Origin: Callorhinchus milii
Lineage: Eukaryota
Length of the DNA: 64,000 bases
Direction of reading: 5' to 3'
NCBI RefSeq assembly: GCF_018977255.1
Contig: NW_024704742.1
Span: 125,862,001 to 125,926,000, forward strand
In this document: positions 35,990 to 49,924 of the stretch, piece by piece
How positions within the stretch are numbered: position 1 is the first letter of the stretch
Layout: each line of letters opens with the position of its first letter
Notes under the pieces: model-generated
Seen by the model: the letters and a program-made list of their open reading frames with translations, nothing else
Told to the model about the DNA's origin: nothing
The model's database searches: none
Program-made: the position numbers and the translations under genes

Positions 35990-36300
35990 GTGGAATTTTT
36001 CCCCCGGAGCAATTTTCTTTTTCTAACGAAAACAGGTTTGACTCTGTGAGCTTTTCTGATTCTTCAGAGTGCTACGTTTTGTTATCCTCCTTGCTGCTCT
36101 TCTTTGAAACCCCTCTAAACCTTTAATGTCATTTTTAGACAGGATGCCAGAATCTACGTGAAATATTCTAAATGAGGTCTTACCGGTGACCTATGCAAGG
36201 TTACAACATCTTCTTTTGACTTATAGTCATTTGTCCTTAAGATGCAAGTATTATTTGATTCCTTTTTTTGACAGCAGCTTCACACTGACTAGAGAGCTTC
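35990..36300 (-). mobile_element. old CR1-type fragment
   Basis: cagaatctacgtgaaatattctaaatgaggtcttacc resembles reverse CR1 ORF2 C-terminus. Confidence 0.5.
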
Positions 36301-38777
36301 AGTGAATGATCAATAATCTTTAACATCTGATTTGGAGCCCTTTGTGCAACTATGAACAATGAATTTCTGATAGTTGAACATCTGATTGCTAAAAATAGCA
36401 ATATTTTCTGCTATGTCTTTATTATAGTATAGGAAATTCTGTTACAAGGAAATAGTACAAAAATTGCTGCTTCTAGTGATCTGCATAACTTACTTTTATC
36501 AAACTCAAACTTTCTATACATTGTATTACAGCTATCAAAGGAGGTTGATTTTCATTTTATCAGTCCACCTTAGACTTTAAGGTCCTTTTCCTTCACCACC
36601 TCTGCATTGTGCAGATGCTTTTACATTCTTCCAATATGCATTTACTTCCATTTTTTGCTGTACTGGAGATTGCAGTGCCACAAGAGTGGAAAGAGAATTG
36701 CAGATAAAACCAACCTTATCATGCTTTTGAACCTGGCAATCATATGCAATGGGAGCAAATGGGTAGTGAGTTAACGTATTTGCTTGGATTCCAAATATGT
36801 TTGGCTTCAACAACAACAATTTTATATTGATACAGAATCTTTTCAGCATTCCAAGATGCTATCCTACAGGAATGATACTATATAAATACAAGTTGTTATT
36901 GATTTCCATCAGGATAATGGCGCAAAGCACTTGTTATAGAGAATGGATACACTATGCATTCATCCAAAGTTGATTATATTTAAACAATATATATAGAGAG
37001 AAATGAGAAAGTACAGTCTCAAACCTTGTGACATGTTCAAAACCCTTAAAGCAGATAAAAAAGCAGCATATGAACATTATAGGCTTAACCTTGCTTAGGA
37101 AGGCATGTAAATGCTAAGTGCAACTACTTGTTTTGCTCACTAAAATGTATTCAGTTGGCCTTATCTGCACTTCCAAAAATACATTTCAAATTTTCTTCCA
37201 GATTCCCTGAAGTGCTGCTTAAAGATTTTGAGAACATAATTGCACCAGCGGTCCACTTTATCTATACTTGCTTTCCACTTACATTTGTTCCTGTTTGTAG
37301 TGAATACAGTAATTTGACATTTTTGAAGTTGTAAAAAGCCAAACATAAAAAAAAATTCCTGTGAGTTTTTCTCAATATATCTCTGAGCACTTTCCCAGAG
37401 TTTGTATGTTCTTTTCTCCTTACGGCCCATTCATTACTCTGTGACTGTCTCCAAGTATCTAATCACTCATGCATTGGCCCTGTTCTAGCTTTGTGTTGTC
37501 TTAGAGATGAGAGATGGGGCCTGTGTACTCACCACGCATTCCCACTACACTGATAACAAGATCGCATCAGAAGTAATGACAACAGATGACATTTCTGTAA
37601 GATTGTTGTCATTAAATATAAGTGCTACTTACATGATTACTTCTTTAAGCGCTCCGAGACGCCGTCCAGCGTGAGGGGGCTATATAAATGCAAGTTGTTG
37701 TTGGTCTTTAAATTGTTTCGGCCCCCACACTGTGGAACTCCATTCCAGAGTCCCTCCGAATGGCCTCCTTTTGTTGGTAAAATTCTATGATTCTATGACC
37801 ATGTGGAACATATCATCTTATCACCAGGTTATTGAACCTTTGCCTCCAAAGCATGGCTGAATTAATATTTTTAAGTACACTATAATTGTGTTGATTTTGG
37901 AGTTAGAACAAGTAATATTAGGGATGCAAAGGCAAGAACTGCCTGTGTAATTCTTTCAGATTACTTGATTTATTTCCCTTTATGATACAAAAAGATTTCA
38001 CCAATTTTCCTTCATTATTACAGTTGTATAAATTCAATTGTTTGATTGCCTTTCATCTGTTGATGCATGCATTCCACTGTTGCAACTAGTTTTTACAAAA
38101 GTTTGTGTGCAAAGAGAGCCTGACTAAATTGAAATGAAACTCTTAATAACAAGGTGCTCAGTCACCAACTCCTGAGAATGCCTGACTGCACATTTTACAG
38201 AGGAACGCATCCATCCTGACATTTTATCATCTTTGTCATGGATTCCCTGGACAATAAATATTGCCAGTAGCAATCTTTACCAATTCACAGTGGAACATTA
38301 ATCTGGATGAGTGCTATCCTTAAGAAAGGGTCATAACCACTTGTGCACAATAAAAAGATACACTGGGGAGTCTCAATCCTACAAAACTGTGTCACCTGCA
38401 CTGATAGTCTTACTCCCTGGGCAAAGGTTATTCAAGCAAAAAAATGAGCGAAACACTGTAATTCTAAGGCTGCTGGATTTTGACCTTTATTTCAGTAGAT
38501 GATTTATATCAGAGCAGAGCTAGAAAAAGGTTCCCCTCTCACTGCTAAGGGCGGACAGGTTTGTTGAGTGGGGTTAAGGTGGTAATCGTAGTTTTTGATA
38601 TTTGATATGGTGCCTTATCACATCATCAAAACAAAATACAGTCGTTACACTTTACAGTAAACCCGAACATGCAGCCAATTTGTGCACAGCGATGTCTCAC
38701 AAACATCCATGAAGTGAATGACCAATTTTATCTGGTTGTATTTGTTTTGCACCATCTCATTTTCCTCTGGTACTCAT

Positions 38778-38865
38778 AGGAACAAAGGGACAGGAGTAAG
38801 CCAGTCAAGCCCTCGAGCATGTTCTGCCATTCTATCAGATCATGGCTGATCTGTACCTTAATTCA
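38778..38865 (-). mobile_element. CR1-type 3' end
   Basis: cataggaac...aggagtaagcc..cctcgagcatgttctgccattc..agatcatggctgatctg. Confidence 0.7.
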
Positions 38866-39396
38866 ACTCATCAAAAGTTCAAAGGAATAATTCCTATTCC
38901 TACAATGAAAATGAGATTTTAATTTATTTTATAGGGCTCCTTTCCCCTTCTTTATTTCTAAGTCATTTAACTTTCTCCTTTTCTTTCCACTTTCATTCAC
39001 TATGACGTTCCAATCCTTCCACGATCTTGCCCTTCTCCAGCTTTGCATTCACCTTCAGTGATTGTCCATGTCCTCTTCTCTTCTGATTCTGATCTACTGC
39101 TCATTCCTCACTACTTTCCTGTTGAATTTTCAGCCCAGCTTGTTTTATGGAACTCTCTCTCAAAATCCCTTCACGTTCTCTCCATATCTTCAAATCCCTC
39201 CTCGAAATGTATCTCTTCGTCCATGCCTTTGCTCAATATCCCCATATCTATCCTTTATTTCCTCCCTGCTGGTGATTCCCATTGTCTTCGTGGAGCAATT
39301 CAAGATGTTCATCTTACATAAAAAGCTGTTGTGCAAGCTGTTGTATATGCAATCCTGACTTAGAAGTTGTTATTGTCAGGGCTGACGGGTGATTCA

Positions 39397-39575
39397 TAAT
39401 AATAATAATCCTTGCATTTGATATAGCGCCTTATCACATCTTCGAGACGTCTTAAAGCACTTCACAAAATATATTGTAAAGTGAATTGACTGTATATTTT
39501 GTGGGCGAAATGCAGCAGCCAATTGCGTACAGTAGTGTCCCAAAAAACAGTCGTAGATTGAGTGAGCCCTTTTTT
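39397..39575 (-). mobile_element. family A SINE 3' half
   Basis: (AAT)n tail and Deu-like body. Confidence 0.82.
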
Positions 39576-39774
39576 TGGTTAATAGCCACTTAACGGTGAA
39601 AACGTGGGACTTTCGGTGACACCTTTTGAACCTTATCTAGAATAGACAGTAAAACGGTATCAAACACCTTCAGGAGAAAACTACTATTACTACTGTACGT
39701 GACCTGCATTGGGTCGTGGTAACCTCTGCACCTGAAAATTAAAATTTTGAATTCAGGAGAAAATGGGAAGCAGA

Positions 39775-40040
39775 AAAGTATCTTGGGGTGTTATGACTCA
39801 TTGCTCACTATGTCAGAACAGTGTGAAACAGCAGTAAACAAGGCAAACAGGATGTTGTGCTGCATTACTAAGTCAGTTGAGTTCAAATCCCCCGACGGCA
39901 TACTCAAACTATATAGTGCTCTTGTCAGATTGCACCTGGAGGACTGCTTACAGTTCTTGTAACTCAGGGCCTAGAGACAGTGTAGAGGACAGCAACGGCG
40001 ATGATCCCCAGTGTTAGAGGAATGAGCTATGAGCAACAAT
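39775..40040 (+). mobile_element. CR1-type ORF2 fragment
   Basis: QCETAVNKANRMLCCI...LKLYSALVRLHLEDCLQF is a typical CR1 ORF2 C-terminal segment. Confidence 0.82.
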
Positions 40041-40289
40041 TAGACATAATAATTTGGTATAGCAACTTTCACATCAGTGACTGCGTGATTTCTGTGTTGT
40101 GGGTGAAAATGATAACCAAGTTGGCATAGTAATGTCCCATAAAGAGCCATAGAGTGAGTGATCAAATTAATTTGGGGTGTTGTTAGTAAGGACACTGGGA
40201 GAAACTCCCTTATATTTTCGAATATTGCTGTGGGATCTTTAAAGTCCATCTGAACATCACATCTGGAGGACAGCACCTCTAATATTGTA

Positions 40290-40645
40290 GTAGACCCCAG
40301 GCAATGTGATTGGGGGGATGGAATTTCAGAGGTTGGGGGGCAGAATGGCTGAAGGCTCTCCCGCCAATGGTGGGGCAGGTGGGTTGGGGGATGTGGAGCA
40401 GGCCAGAGCCGGCTGAGCAGAGGGAGTGGGCGGTTGATAGTGGGTTAGGAGGTCGCAGAAGTAGGGTGGGGCGAGGCCGTGGAGAGCTTTGCAGATGGGG
40501 ACCAGGATCTTGAACTGGATCCTCTGAAGGATAGGGAGCCAATGGAGTCAGGCGAGAATGGGGGAGATGGGTTCACGGAGTTTGGTGCAGAAGAGGACAC
40601 GGGCTGTAGAGTTCTGATTATCTGCAGCCTGTGGAAGGAGGTGTT
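40290..40645 (-). mobile_element. L2 3' ORF2 fragment
   Basis: GLLHIP..CPTIGGRAFSHSAP motif in ORF 40279..40542. Confidence 0.82.
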
Positions 40646-41324
40646 GGTGAGAAAGCACCAAGACGTCAGAACAAGAGGACATGGATTTAGAGTATTACAG
40701 AGGAATTTCAGGACAGACACCTGGAAGGTTTTCTTAATCTAGTGAGCACCAAATGACTGGAACAGGTTGCGAAGAAGGGTGGTTGAGTGCTGTGATGAGA
40801 AGACATCGGATGCGAAATGATGGGCAAGGTGGATTTCTGGAAAGATGACATAAAATTAGCCAGAGGGCCTTCTCCAATCAAACCAATTTTGTGATCATAT
40901 AAAAAGGAAGGAAGAAACATTTTAAAGGAAAAAAGCAAATAATGGAATATATAGTTGTGTAAATATTACCAAAGGCACTGTCCATGTTAGTCAATGAAAT
41001 GTTAATAATGATTTATTTTAATGTTAATAATAATAAATAATAATCTTTGCATTTGATATAGCACCCTATGATATTGTCAAGACGGTCTCCAAGAAGTGTA
41101 ATGGCTGGATATTTGTAGGCAAACGTGACAGTCAATTTTCGTAGCAATATCCCATAAACAGCCATGAAGTGAATGACAAATTTTATCTAGGGGGATTGTT
41201 GGCCAGTACACCGGAAGAATCTCCCTTCTCTTTGCCAGTAGTGCCAAGAGAAGTTCCAAGTCTCAAGGCCCAAGTCCAAGTTCCAAGCTGTCCAGTCTCG
41301 TGGCCTCAATCACCCTTCTTGGGA

Positions 41325-42225
41325 ATTCTGTCTGACATCAAGTCCCAGACAAGAGCCACTTACTCCTGCTCAATGTTGGCAAGAGAGAGCCCCTCCTGCT
41401 TGACTACTGGCAGTGCCTCCTTACCTCGGCTGCTGACACTATCACCATCGATGGCTGCACTCTTCACCTCACCAAGTCAATTTGAAACCTCTGTATCCTT
41501 TTTGACCCACAGCTATTCTTCAAACCCTACATTCATGCCATAACCTGTTCAGCCTTTCCACCCCCCCCCCCCCCCCGCAACATTGCCCGTTCCGCCACTG
41601 CCTCTTGCCAATACTCTGATCCACACTTTCATTATGTCCTGGCTTGTCTACAGCCAACTTGCTGCTCAATGGACTTCCCAACTCTTTCCTCCACAAGTTG
41701 CAGATTATTCAGAACTTCAAAGCTTGTGTCCTCTCCCGCACCAGGCTCCGGGAACCTATCACTCCTGTTCTTGCTCAGCTTCACTGACTCCCCATTCCTC
41801 AGAGAATTCAGTCCAAAATCCTCGTTCTTACCTTCAAGGCCTTCCACTGTCTTGCTCCCCCCTACATCTCCGACTTCATAACCCCATATGAGCCTGTCTG
41901 CCCCTTCCACTCGGTGGACCTTGGCCTGCTTCAAGTCCCCTGCTCTTCCCACACCGCCATTGGTAGTCGGGCACTCAGCATCTCTGCCTCCACACTCTGG
42001 AGCTCTATTCCCCAATCCCCCTGCCTCAACCCCTCTCTTGCCTCCTTCAAGTCCCATCTGAAGACCTTCCTCTTCGATCGTGCCTTCGGACACCCACACC
42101 CACCCCGCCAGTCCTCCTCCCCTTCTGACCCCAACTCCCAGCGAGGGTCCAAAACCCCTGATTATCCATACCCTGGGATGTCTTTCCGACGTGAAGGGCA
42201 TTATACAAGTGTAATTTGTTGTTGC
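41325..42225 (+). mobile_element. L2 fragment, post-RT to tail
   Basis: AIGSRALSISASTLWSSIPQ..LASFKSHLKTFLFD; tail ccgacgtgaagggc..ttgttgttg. Confidence 0.85.
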
Positions 42226-43544
42226 CAAGGTCTTTAACATCTATCTGAACAGGTAGACAAGATTTTGGTTTAAGGACAGCACTTTTACACTTAAACATTA
42301 AAATTGTTGGAAAAACATTTAACCATCTATTCTAGTAGATTTCCAGGGTTTCAGCAAGTTAAAAATTAAAGGAAAGCGGTATGTTGGTAACAGTGTGGAG
42401 GGAGTCATAGGTAGAATACTTAGCACTTTTATGTGCCCGGCGGGCTTTTGTTCTTTATTAGATTTCTACTCTTGAATAAGCCTCAGTTGAAGCATTCCTC
42501 TGCAGAGCCGAAGAGGCTAATATTTCATGGTAACTGGAGATAAGGTGGGTTTGCTCAGCTGCTACCAAGTAAGGGATCCACTCTGTTAACCATGATTGAT
42601 TACAATCTAATTGTTCTCTTTATCCAGAGCTGTTCACAGTAATATTCAAGGCGCGTAGCAAAGAAACAAATTCCTTCTTGATATTTGTTAAACAGCACCA
42701 TCTCACCAAACTGTGGAGGCTAACACTTATTCTCTACAGAGGCCTCCTGAAGATTAATGGTGAAAGCTGATTAAAAACAAAATTCTGTGTGATGCACAGG
42801 AACATAGGGACATAGAAACATAGGAGACCTCAACGAGTGAGACCTTGATTGGTGAGATATTATTATTATATTATTATTATTATATTATTATATTATCTGG
42901 TAAGCCTTTGACTTCCACCCTGAGATTTACTTGGAGCCAACGTCTTATGAATTGACGCTTCACAGCTAAGTGATATCAAGTGTAGCAATTGCTTTTGTAA
43001 GCAAATACAACCATTTGTGCCTCCCAGGTCCCATAAGCAGTGATACAACAACAATAACATCAAATTGCAATTATAAAACTTTCTTCACACAGGAAGCATC
43101 TTGGACTGTTTAAAAGCGTTGTGACTTGATGCTGAGCCAGGGGGGATAATGATTGATGGCACAGCTGAAGACTAAAGTCTCTGACACGCTGCTTCGGGTG
43201 AAGGGCATAAATGTAAGTTGTAGTTGTTGTTGTCTTCAGGTGTGATTTGTGCAGAGAGGGGGCAAGGCAGAGGGATTGAGATAAGGAGTTCCAGAGATTC
43301 AGGGCATAGTGGATGAAAGCACGGCTGCAATTGTAGAGCAAAGGGGATGATGGACATGCAGCAGACCCGAGCCAGTTGATTATAGGCCGTGGGTAGAGGA
43401 GTGGGGTGTGAGCAACGATGAGGTGAACAGTCAATTAATCTGGAACATTGTTGGCCAGGACATGTCAACTGAAGTGCTTAACATTAATCTTCCTTGAAGA
43501 ACCGATGTGGCGGTTTAGCAGTTAAAGTAATAGTTCCACTGAGC

Positions 43545-45159
43545 TCACCTGGCTTAAATGTCCACCGTCCACTGTCCATCCTACCGTTCCACCCTCGGCT
43601 CCTCTAAATCGTTGTTCTACTCCAAGACAATCTTGGAAGCTAAGGACAACCCTAGGCTCCTTTTCTCCATCACAAACTGACAACTCCGCCTACCCTCTCA
43701 TGCCTCACCCATCCTCACCTCAAATGCCAACTGCGAGGCGATGTTGGACTTCCTCGAATCCAAAATCGAGGGAATCCGTTCAGCTGCCTCTGCCATTGCA
43801 ACTGCTACCCCCCTCCATCTCCTCCTCCCACCCCAGCCCCTACACACCCCTCCCTCCACACCTTTGAACCTGTCTACCCCTCCTCCCTCATCACCACCAT
43901 AACCTGTATGAAACCCACCACCTGCTCCCTGGACCCATCCCTATACCCCTTCCATACCTTCCAGCTCCACCTCCTTGCCCCTCTACTCACTGACACCACC
44001 TCTCTCTGTCCTCTTTTACTGTTCCCACCCCTTTAAAAATCACTGTCATCATTCCTATCTATAAAAAAACCTCCCTGGACCCTTCTCTACTCTCAAACTA
44101 CCATTCCATCTCCAACCTCCCCTTCCTCTCCAAGGTCCTGGAATGAGTTGTTGCTTCTCAGCTTCACTCCTTCCTCTCCCGTCACTCCCTTCTTGGACCC
44201 CTCCAATCGGGTTTCCGTGCCGCCCACAGTACAGAAACAGCCCTGGTCAAAGTGACAAATGACATTCTGTCCATCTGCGACCAGGGCTCCCTCTGTCTCC
44301 TCGTCCTCCTTGACGTCTCTGCTGCTTTCGACACTGCCGACCACTCTATCCTCATCCACCGCCTCTCCTCTCCTCTCACCTCAACGGCACTGTCCTTGAT
44401 TGGTTCAGATCATAGCTCTCACACCACCTGCACTTCATCTCCTCAAATGACTTCTCCTCTAGTCCCTGGACCATCTCATGCGGCGTTCCTCGGGGTTCTG
44501 TCCTTGGTCCCCTACTCTTCAATACCTATATGCTCCCTCTTGGTGACATCGGCGGCAGACATGGTGTAAACTTCCAAATGCACGCGGATGACACTCAATT
44601 GTACCTCTCTGCCTCCACCCTTGACTACAAGACCTGTCAGACATTAATTCCTGGACGAGAGCTAACTTTCTTCAGTTAAATGTCAACAAGAGCAAGGTTC
44701 TCCTGATTGGCTCCCATCAGCGCCTCCTCACCTCAGGCGCTGGCAGTATCACCATCCATGGATCCTGGTCCTCACCTTCAAAGCCCTCCATGGTCTTGCT
44801 CTTCCCTACCTCTCCGACCTCCTAACCCCCTACCATCCTGTTCGCTCCCTCCACTCAGCGGGCTCTGGCCTGCTTCACGTCCCCCGTCTCGCTCACCCCA
44901 TTATCGTCGGGCGAGCCTTCCGCCACTCTGCACCCACCCTCTGGAACTCTATCCTGCAGTCCCTACGTCTCACCACCTTCAAGACCCACCTCAAGACCCT
45001 CCTCTTCGACCATGCTTTCGATCTCCCTGCTTCCCCCCTTGCCCTACTCCCTTCCCCAACCCGACCCTCAGCTCAGGTCCGTAACTCTGTCTGTCCAGCG
45101 CCTTGGGACATCCTCCCAACGTGAAAGGCGCTAAATAAATGTAATTTTGTTGTTGTTGT
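43545..45159 (+). mobile_element. L2 LINE, 5'-truncated, internally deleted
   Basis: [56 protein letters not shown]; (GTT)n tail; same subfamily as 20079-21757. Confidence 0.92.
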
Positions 45160-45539
45160 ACTCAATCAATGCTGGGGTTTTTAGTGAATAGGGCAGGATA
45201 GTGTAATATTTTGTAATTTTCGATACCTTGAAACAGTACTTGATGATTTTCAGTACAGCTGTGTGGTATGTTCATGTTATTACACACCACATGCAGCACA
45301 CAATTTAGTTCAGAGAAAAATAAAACAACTTCAACGTTTTACACATATTCATCAAAGTGTAGCACAAAATGAAGTCTCTGAGCCCAGACTGCAGCTAGTC
45401 TGAAGAGACTCAAACCCACAGCTCAAGGGTTCAGCAAAATATTATTTAGCATATTGAATTAGAAATTTAACATCGCTAAATGTTCATTCTTATCAGGAAA
45501 GAGCTTGAAAGTGAGTTAATTATAAAAGTTGTCTTAAAT

Positions 45540-45995
45540 AATAATATTTACATTTGATATAGCACCTTTCAAGTTGAGTGTTGTTTCAAAACACTTCACA
45601 GGATATACTGTAGAGTGTACTGTTGAGTGAATGTACTATAGAGTGTCTGTATTTTTTAGGCGAACTCTGCAGCCAATTTGCAACAGCCATGAAGTGAATT
45701 ACCAATTTTATCCAGGGGATTATTGGCAGGGGAGAAACTCCCTTCTCTTAGAACTCCCTTTGAATAGTGCCGTGGGATCTTTAACATCTGAACAGACAAA
45801 CACAACCTTGGTTTAATATCTCATCTATAGATCAGTGCCTTATCAATAAAGCACTCCCCCAGCACTGCACTAGGGTGTCAGTTTAGACAATATGATTTAT
45901 TATTATTATTATGAGCTCAAGTCCCGATGCGCGATTTGAACCCACGATATTCTGACTCAGGGACAAGAATGCTACCAACTGAGCCAGGCTGACAC
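45540..45995 (-). mobile_element. SacSINE1-like Deu-SINE, near full length
   Basis: reverse head gctaccaactgagccaggctgacac, gatttgaaccc, body and tail. Confidence 0.8.
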
Positions 45996-46599
45996 AACAA
46001 CACAGTATTAGCTTCTACTGTGCAGAAAATATTTATAGGATAAAATTGCCATTGTTTCTTAACCCATTCCTTCATTGTGTTAATTGATATCCTTCTGAAA
46101 TGAAAGGTATCATATCAAATGCAAGAATTATTATTACAGGTATGTTATTTTCCATTCAAATTATTTTATAAATGTTGGGTTTGGTTTGCATTTTAGGGCT
46201 ATTATTACAATTGTGGAAATACTGCTGATATTTGAGTAGTTTTCTTGCTGTTAGACTAATGTTTATTTGAGTATCTTTGTCGGTAAACTGAAAATTAATT
46301 TGAAAAATCCACTGGCCCAGGGAGATGGATATTTCCTTAAATGTTTCGGCCTACTGGGAGTAAAATGAAATTGGATCTGTAGAAGTTCTAAATGTGAATT
46401 TAATTAATCAGAAGCCAAATTTCTACATACAAGTAAAGTTATTTCAGAACAAATGATCCCTGAAGCCTGTTGATAACTTTCTCATATTGTTGCCATTAAA
46501 CAGAATTGCAGCTGTTTCAAGTTTCACATTACTCCAGACAAAATGCTAAAGTGTTTATGAGCTTTTTCTGATTACTTATATTAGGTAAAGGCAATATTA

Positions 46600-47560
46600 G
46601 GCCATGCAAAGCAGAAGGTTGCAGGTTCATTGATCTGAGCCAGGCATCAATTAGAGGGCTACACTTACCCTGAGCTCCCCTGTGATAGGAGAATGACAGA
46701 AAACAACAACAAAAACAAATTACATTTACTTAGGGACTTTCACGTCAGGAGGACATTCCAAGACATAGGATAGTCAAGGGTTTGCACCCAAGCTGCCGGC
46801 TGAAGGAAAGAGGGATGGAGAGCAAGGGAGGTGCTGTTGGGAAGATGACCAAAGGTGCCGTCAAAGAAGAAGGTCTTGAGATGGGTCTTGAAGGAAGCAA
46901 GGAATGGGGCAAGCAGAGAGGCTCCGGGATGGAGTTCCAAAGGATGGGGTAGAAACGCTAAAGGCCAATCTCCAATGGAGGAGGGGGCAGGACAGAGCCA
47001 TGGAGTAGTCCAGTACCCACCAAGCAGATGAAGTGAACAGGTCTGTATCGTTTTAGGAGGTTACAGAAGTAGGGCGGAGCAAGACCGTGGAGATCTTTAA
47101 AGGTGAGGATAAGGACACTAAACTCGATCCTCTGGGGGATGGGGAGCCAGAAAAGCCAAGTGAGGATGGGGTGATCGTCTCATGGAACTCACAGAGAAAA
47201 AGAGGAAAATCAACCAGGTTGAGGAACATATGCTACTGAGCCTCAGATCATGACAGACCTTTTAATACCATTTCCTCACCTTTCCCCCCATGCCTTCCCC
47301 AGGTATCCATCTATCTCCCTTTTAAATATCCCAATTGAATCCACCTCACATGTTCACAACCCTCTGTGTGACAAAGTGGTCCCTGATCTGATGTCTATCT
47401 ACCCAGCCACTTCAGCATACAGCTCCTGATCACTGTCTAGAGATCTCTGTTGAAAGGATAGGGGTGGTGGCCTCATAGTTGAATTGCCTGCCAATTCTCA
47501 CTTTCAAGTTTCAGACATGAAGAAATAGTCGCCAAATGGTCAATGGAGGGTGCTTCATCC
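46600..47560 (+). mobile_element. LF-SINE-like remnant split by L2 and CR1 insertions
   Basis: gaaggttgcaggttc head; gaaaatcaaccaggtt; gctcctgatcactgtc; tagttgaattgcctgcc..ctcact..cagacatgaagaa. Confidence 0.45.
46702..47185 (-). mobile_element. L2 3' fragment
   Basis: LASFKTHLKTFFFD; (AAC)n tail. Confidence 0.82.
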
Positions 47561-47839
47561 AATAAATAGCAAAAAAAAGTCAGACACTTTCAGTGGGGAG
47601 GAGAGAAAAGTAAATAAAGTTTATTATCGTGTTTGTGTACTTATTTGAAAGCAGACAATACTATGTACAATGGGGAACAATCAATAATAGATGACTACGG
47701 AGCCCCTCTGCATTTGCCCCCTCCCTTACCTCCTTCAAGACACTATCATTTATTTGGGGATAGTGATTGTGATCAGCTCTCCACACACCTAATGTCACTG
47801 CAAGAAGAATTTCTGTATTATTCCATTCTGTGTAAACAC

Positions 47840-47975
47840 TGCCAAGGTCAGTAAATTTACTGTCAATCGGAGAATATTACATGCATAATGCCAAGGTCAG
47901 TAATATTTATGGAGAGGTAGAAAATAATATGTTCAAAATACCAAGGGCAGTAAGTTTACCGTCAGGTGGAGAATG
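47840..47975. repeat. three-unit degenerate ~50-bp tandem repeat
   Basis: t(g/a)ccaagg(t/g)cagtaa at 47840, 47889, 47939. Confidence 0.75.
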
Positions 47976-48144
47976 ATCTCCAAACCATCGACTTCCAGGA
48001 TGATCTAACCAACAGGGCTAAATTAAGTTTATAGTGGGCAACAAAAGCTATGTATAAATGTGGACGTATAAACTTCTCAACACCCTTACATTTTGGGGGA
48101 TAAAAATATAAAGACAACTAGATTCTACCAGTAACACTGTGACT

Positions 48145-48875
48145 CAGCTTCACTGCTTCCTCTCCCACCACTCCCTCTAAAAAACCCTCCAATCGGGTTT
48201 CCGTGCTGCCCACAGCACAGAACTAGCCTTGGTCAAAGTGCCAAGTGACATTTTATCTATTTGTCTTCTCATCCTCTTTGACCTCTCTGCTGCCTCCTCT
48301 CACCTCAACCTTCATGGTCCTGTCCTTAACTGGTTCACCTTCTACCTTTTGCACCATCTCCACTTTGTCTCCATGAACAGCTTCTCCTCCAGCGCCTGCA
48401 TGTTCTCATGTGGCATTCCTCAGGGCTCTGTCCTTGGTCCTCTCCGCTTCAACATCACATGTCCCCTTTTGGTAACATCATTCGCAGACGTGGGTTCAAC
48501 TTCCACATGTATGGGGATGACACCCAACTCTATCTCTCTGCCTCCACTCTCGACTCCAGGACAACTGCTGTCCTGATGGAATGTCTATCAGACATTAAGT
48601 CCTGGATGAGAGCTAACTTTCTCCAGTTGAATGTCAACAAGACAAGGCCCTCCTGATTGGCTCCCGTCAACGTCTTCACACCTCATGCGCTGACAGCATC
48701 ACCATTCATGGATGCACATTCCACTTTACTAAACCAGTCCGAAATCTTGGCAGCTTCTTTGACCCCCAACTGTCCTTTCTCCCCCTCATCCGCACCATGA
48801 CCCACTCTGCCTTCCCCCACCTCCGTAACATAGCCCAGCTCTGCCACTGCCTCTCCCCTCAGGCTGCCGAGACTA
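48145..48875 (+). mobile_element. L2 RT fragment
   Basis: [40 protein letters not shown]. Confidence 0.9.
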
Positions 48876-49617
48876 CGCTTCACAGTAAATCCTGTGAAGC
48901 TCTTTGAGAAGTCCTCCTGACGTAAAAGGCATTATAACAAATGTAAGGATTACAAATATCCAGAGCAGCCTGCTTCTTGTTGGAAATGGACAGATATTGC
49001 TGACAATCAGAGTTCTTGTTCCTGTATTTTGGATAAGAATAAGAACTTGTTTACACAGGAACAGTAATTACTGCAATCTGGCCCCCCCTTGCTTCAGGCC
49101 AGATTCTGGCTTCCAGACAATTCAGCACACTGTGGTTCTCCTTTAAACTGTGGAGTATAAATTCCTTCTCTTTCTATTGCTGCTATATCAGTAAAAATGC
49201 TATGTGTCACTGTGCAGTATGAAGATTGTTCCATACAGGTGATATAAAATAAAAAGTTGTAGTTTTGAGGTGGATTTCATGTTATTGTAGTCTTTAAGCA
49301 ATAAACCTTGCATTTGATATAGTGTTTGTTTCGTCAATGAAAGATCTCAAAAAGCTTGTTATATTTTTTATTATAAAGCATAGTGATTGTGTATCTGTAG
49401 GTGAACACAGCAGTCAATTTGACAAGAGTAATGTTCGCAAACAGACATTAACTGAAGGACCAATTTATCTGGAAGATTGTTGGTCAGGACACCAGAAGAA
49501 ACACCTCTTTGTTTTTTGAATTGTGTCATGTGATCTTTACATCCAGCAGAACATTTGAAATCTCCTCTCAGGACGGCACTTCAACAATGCAGCATTCCCC
49601 CAGCACTGGATTGTAGC

Positions 49618-49923
49618 GTCAAAACACTTCACAGGTATACTGTGAAGTGAATTGACTGCACATTTTGAAGGCGAAACACAGCAACCAATTGCACACATCA
49701 GTGTCCCACAACCAGTTGTGGATTGAGTGACCATATTTTTTTTGAGGGATTAGTACCCCTCGAAAGTGATCCGCCAATCAACTAACAATCAGGTTCCTAC
49801 TTATGGCTTGTAAACAGAGACATGTGGAGTAAGGAAACTTGCCTAACGTTTTGCCCTGCCCGGTAATCGAACCCAGGTCCTCTTGCTTGAGAGGCGAGTG
49901 CTCTAACCACTAGGCTACAGGAT
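49618..49923 (-). mobile_element. family A SINE, long form
   Basis: head aatcgaacccagg...ctctaaccact, internal segment; adjoins a family B remnant at 49300-49615. Confidence 0.85.
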
Positions 49924-49924
49924 T

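Noticed and set aside
37532..37594. Minus-strand exon candidate with a gtgagt donor
   Set aside because: Weak acceptor overlapping a small palindrome; joining to the 23693 candidate creates a stop
47840..47975. CRISPR-like repeat-spacer spacing
   Set aside because: Vertebrate context, only three degenerate units, spacers are related to each other, no cas genes
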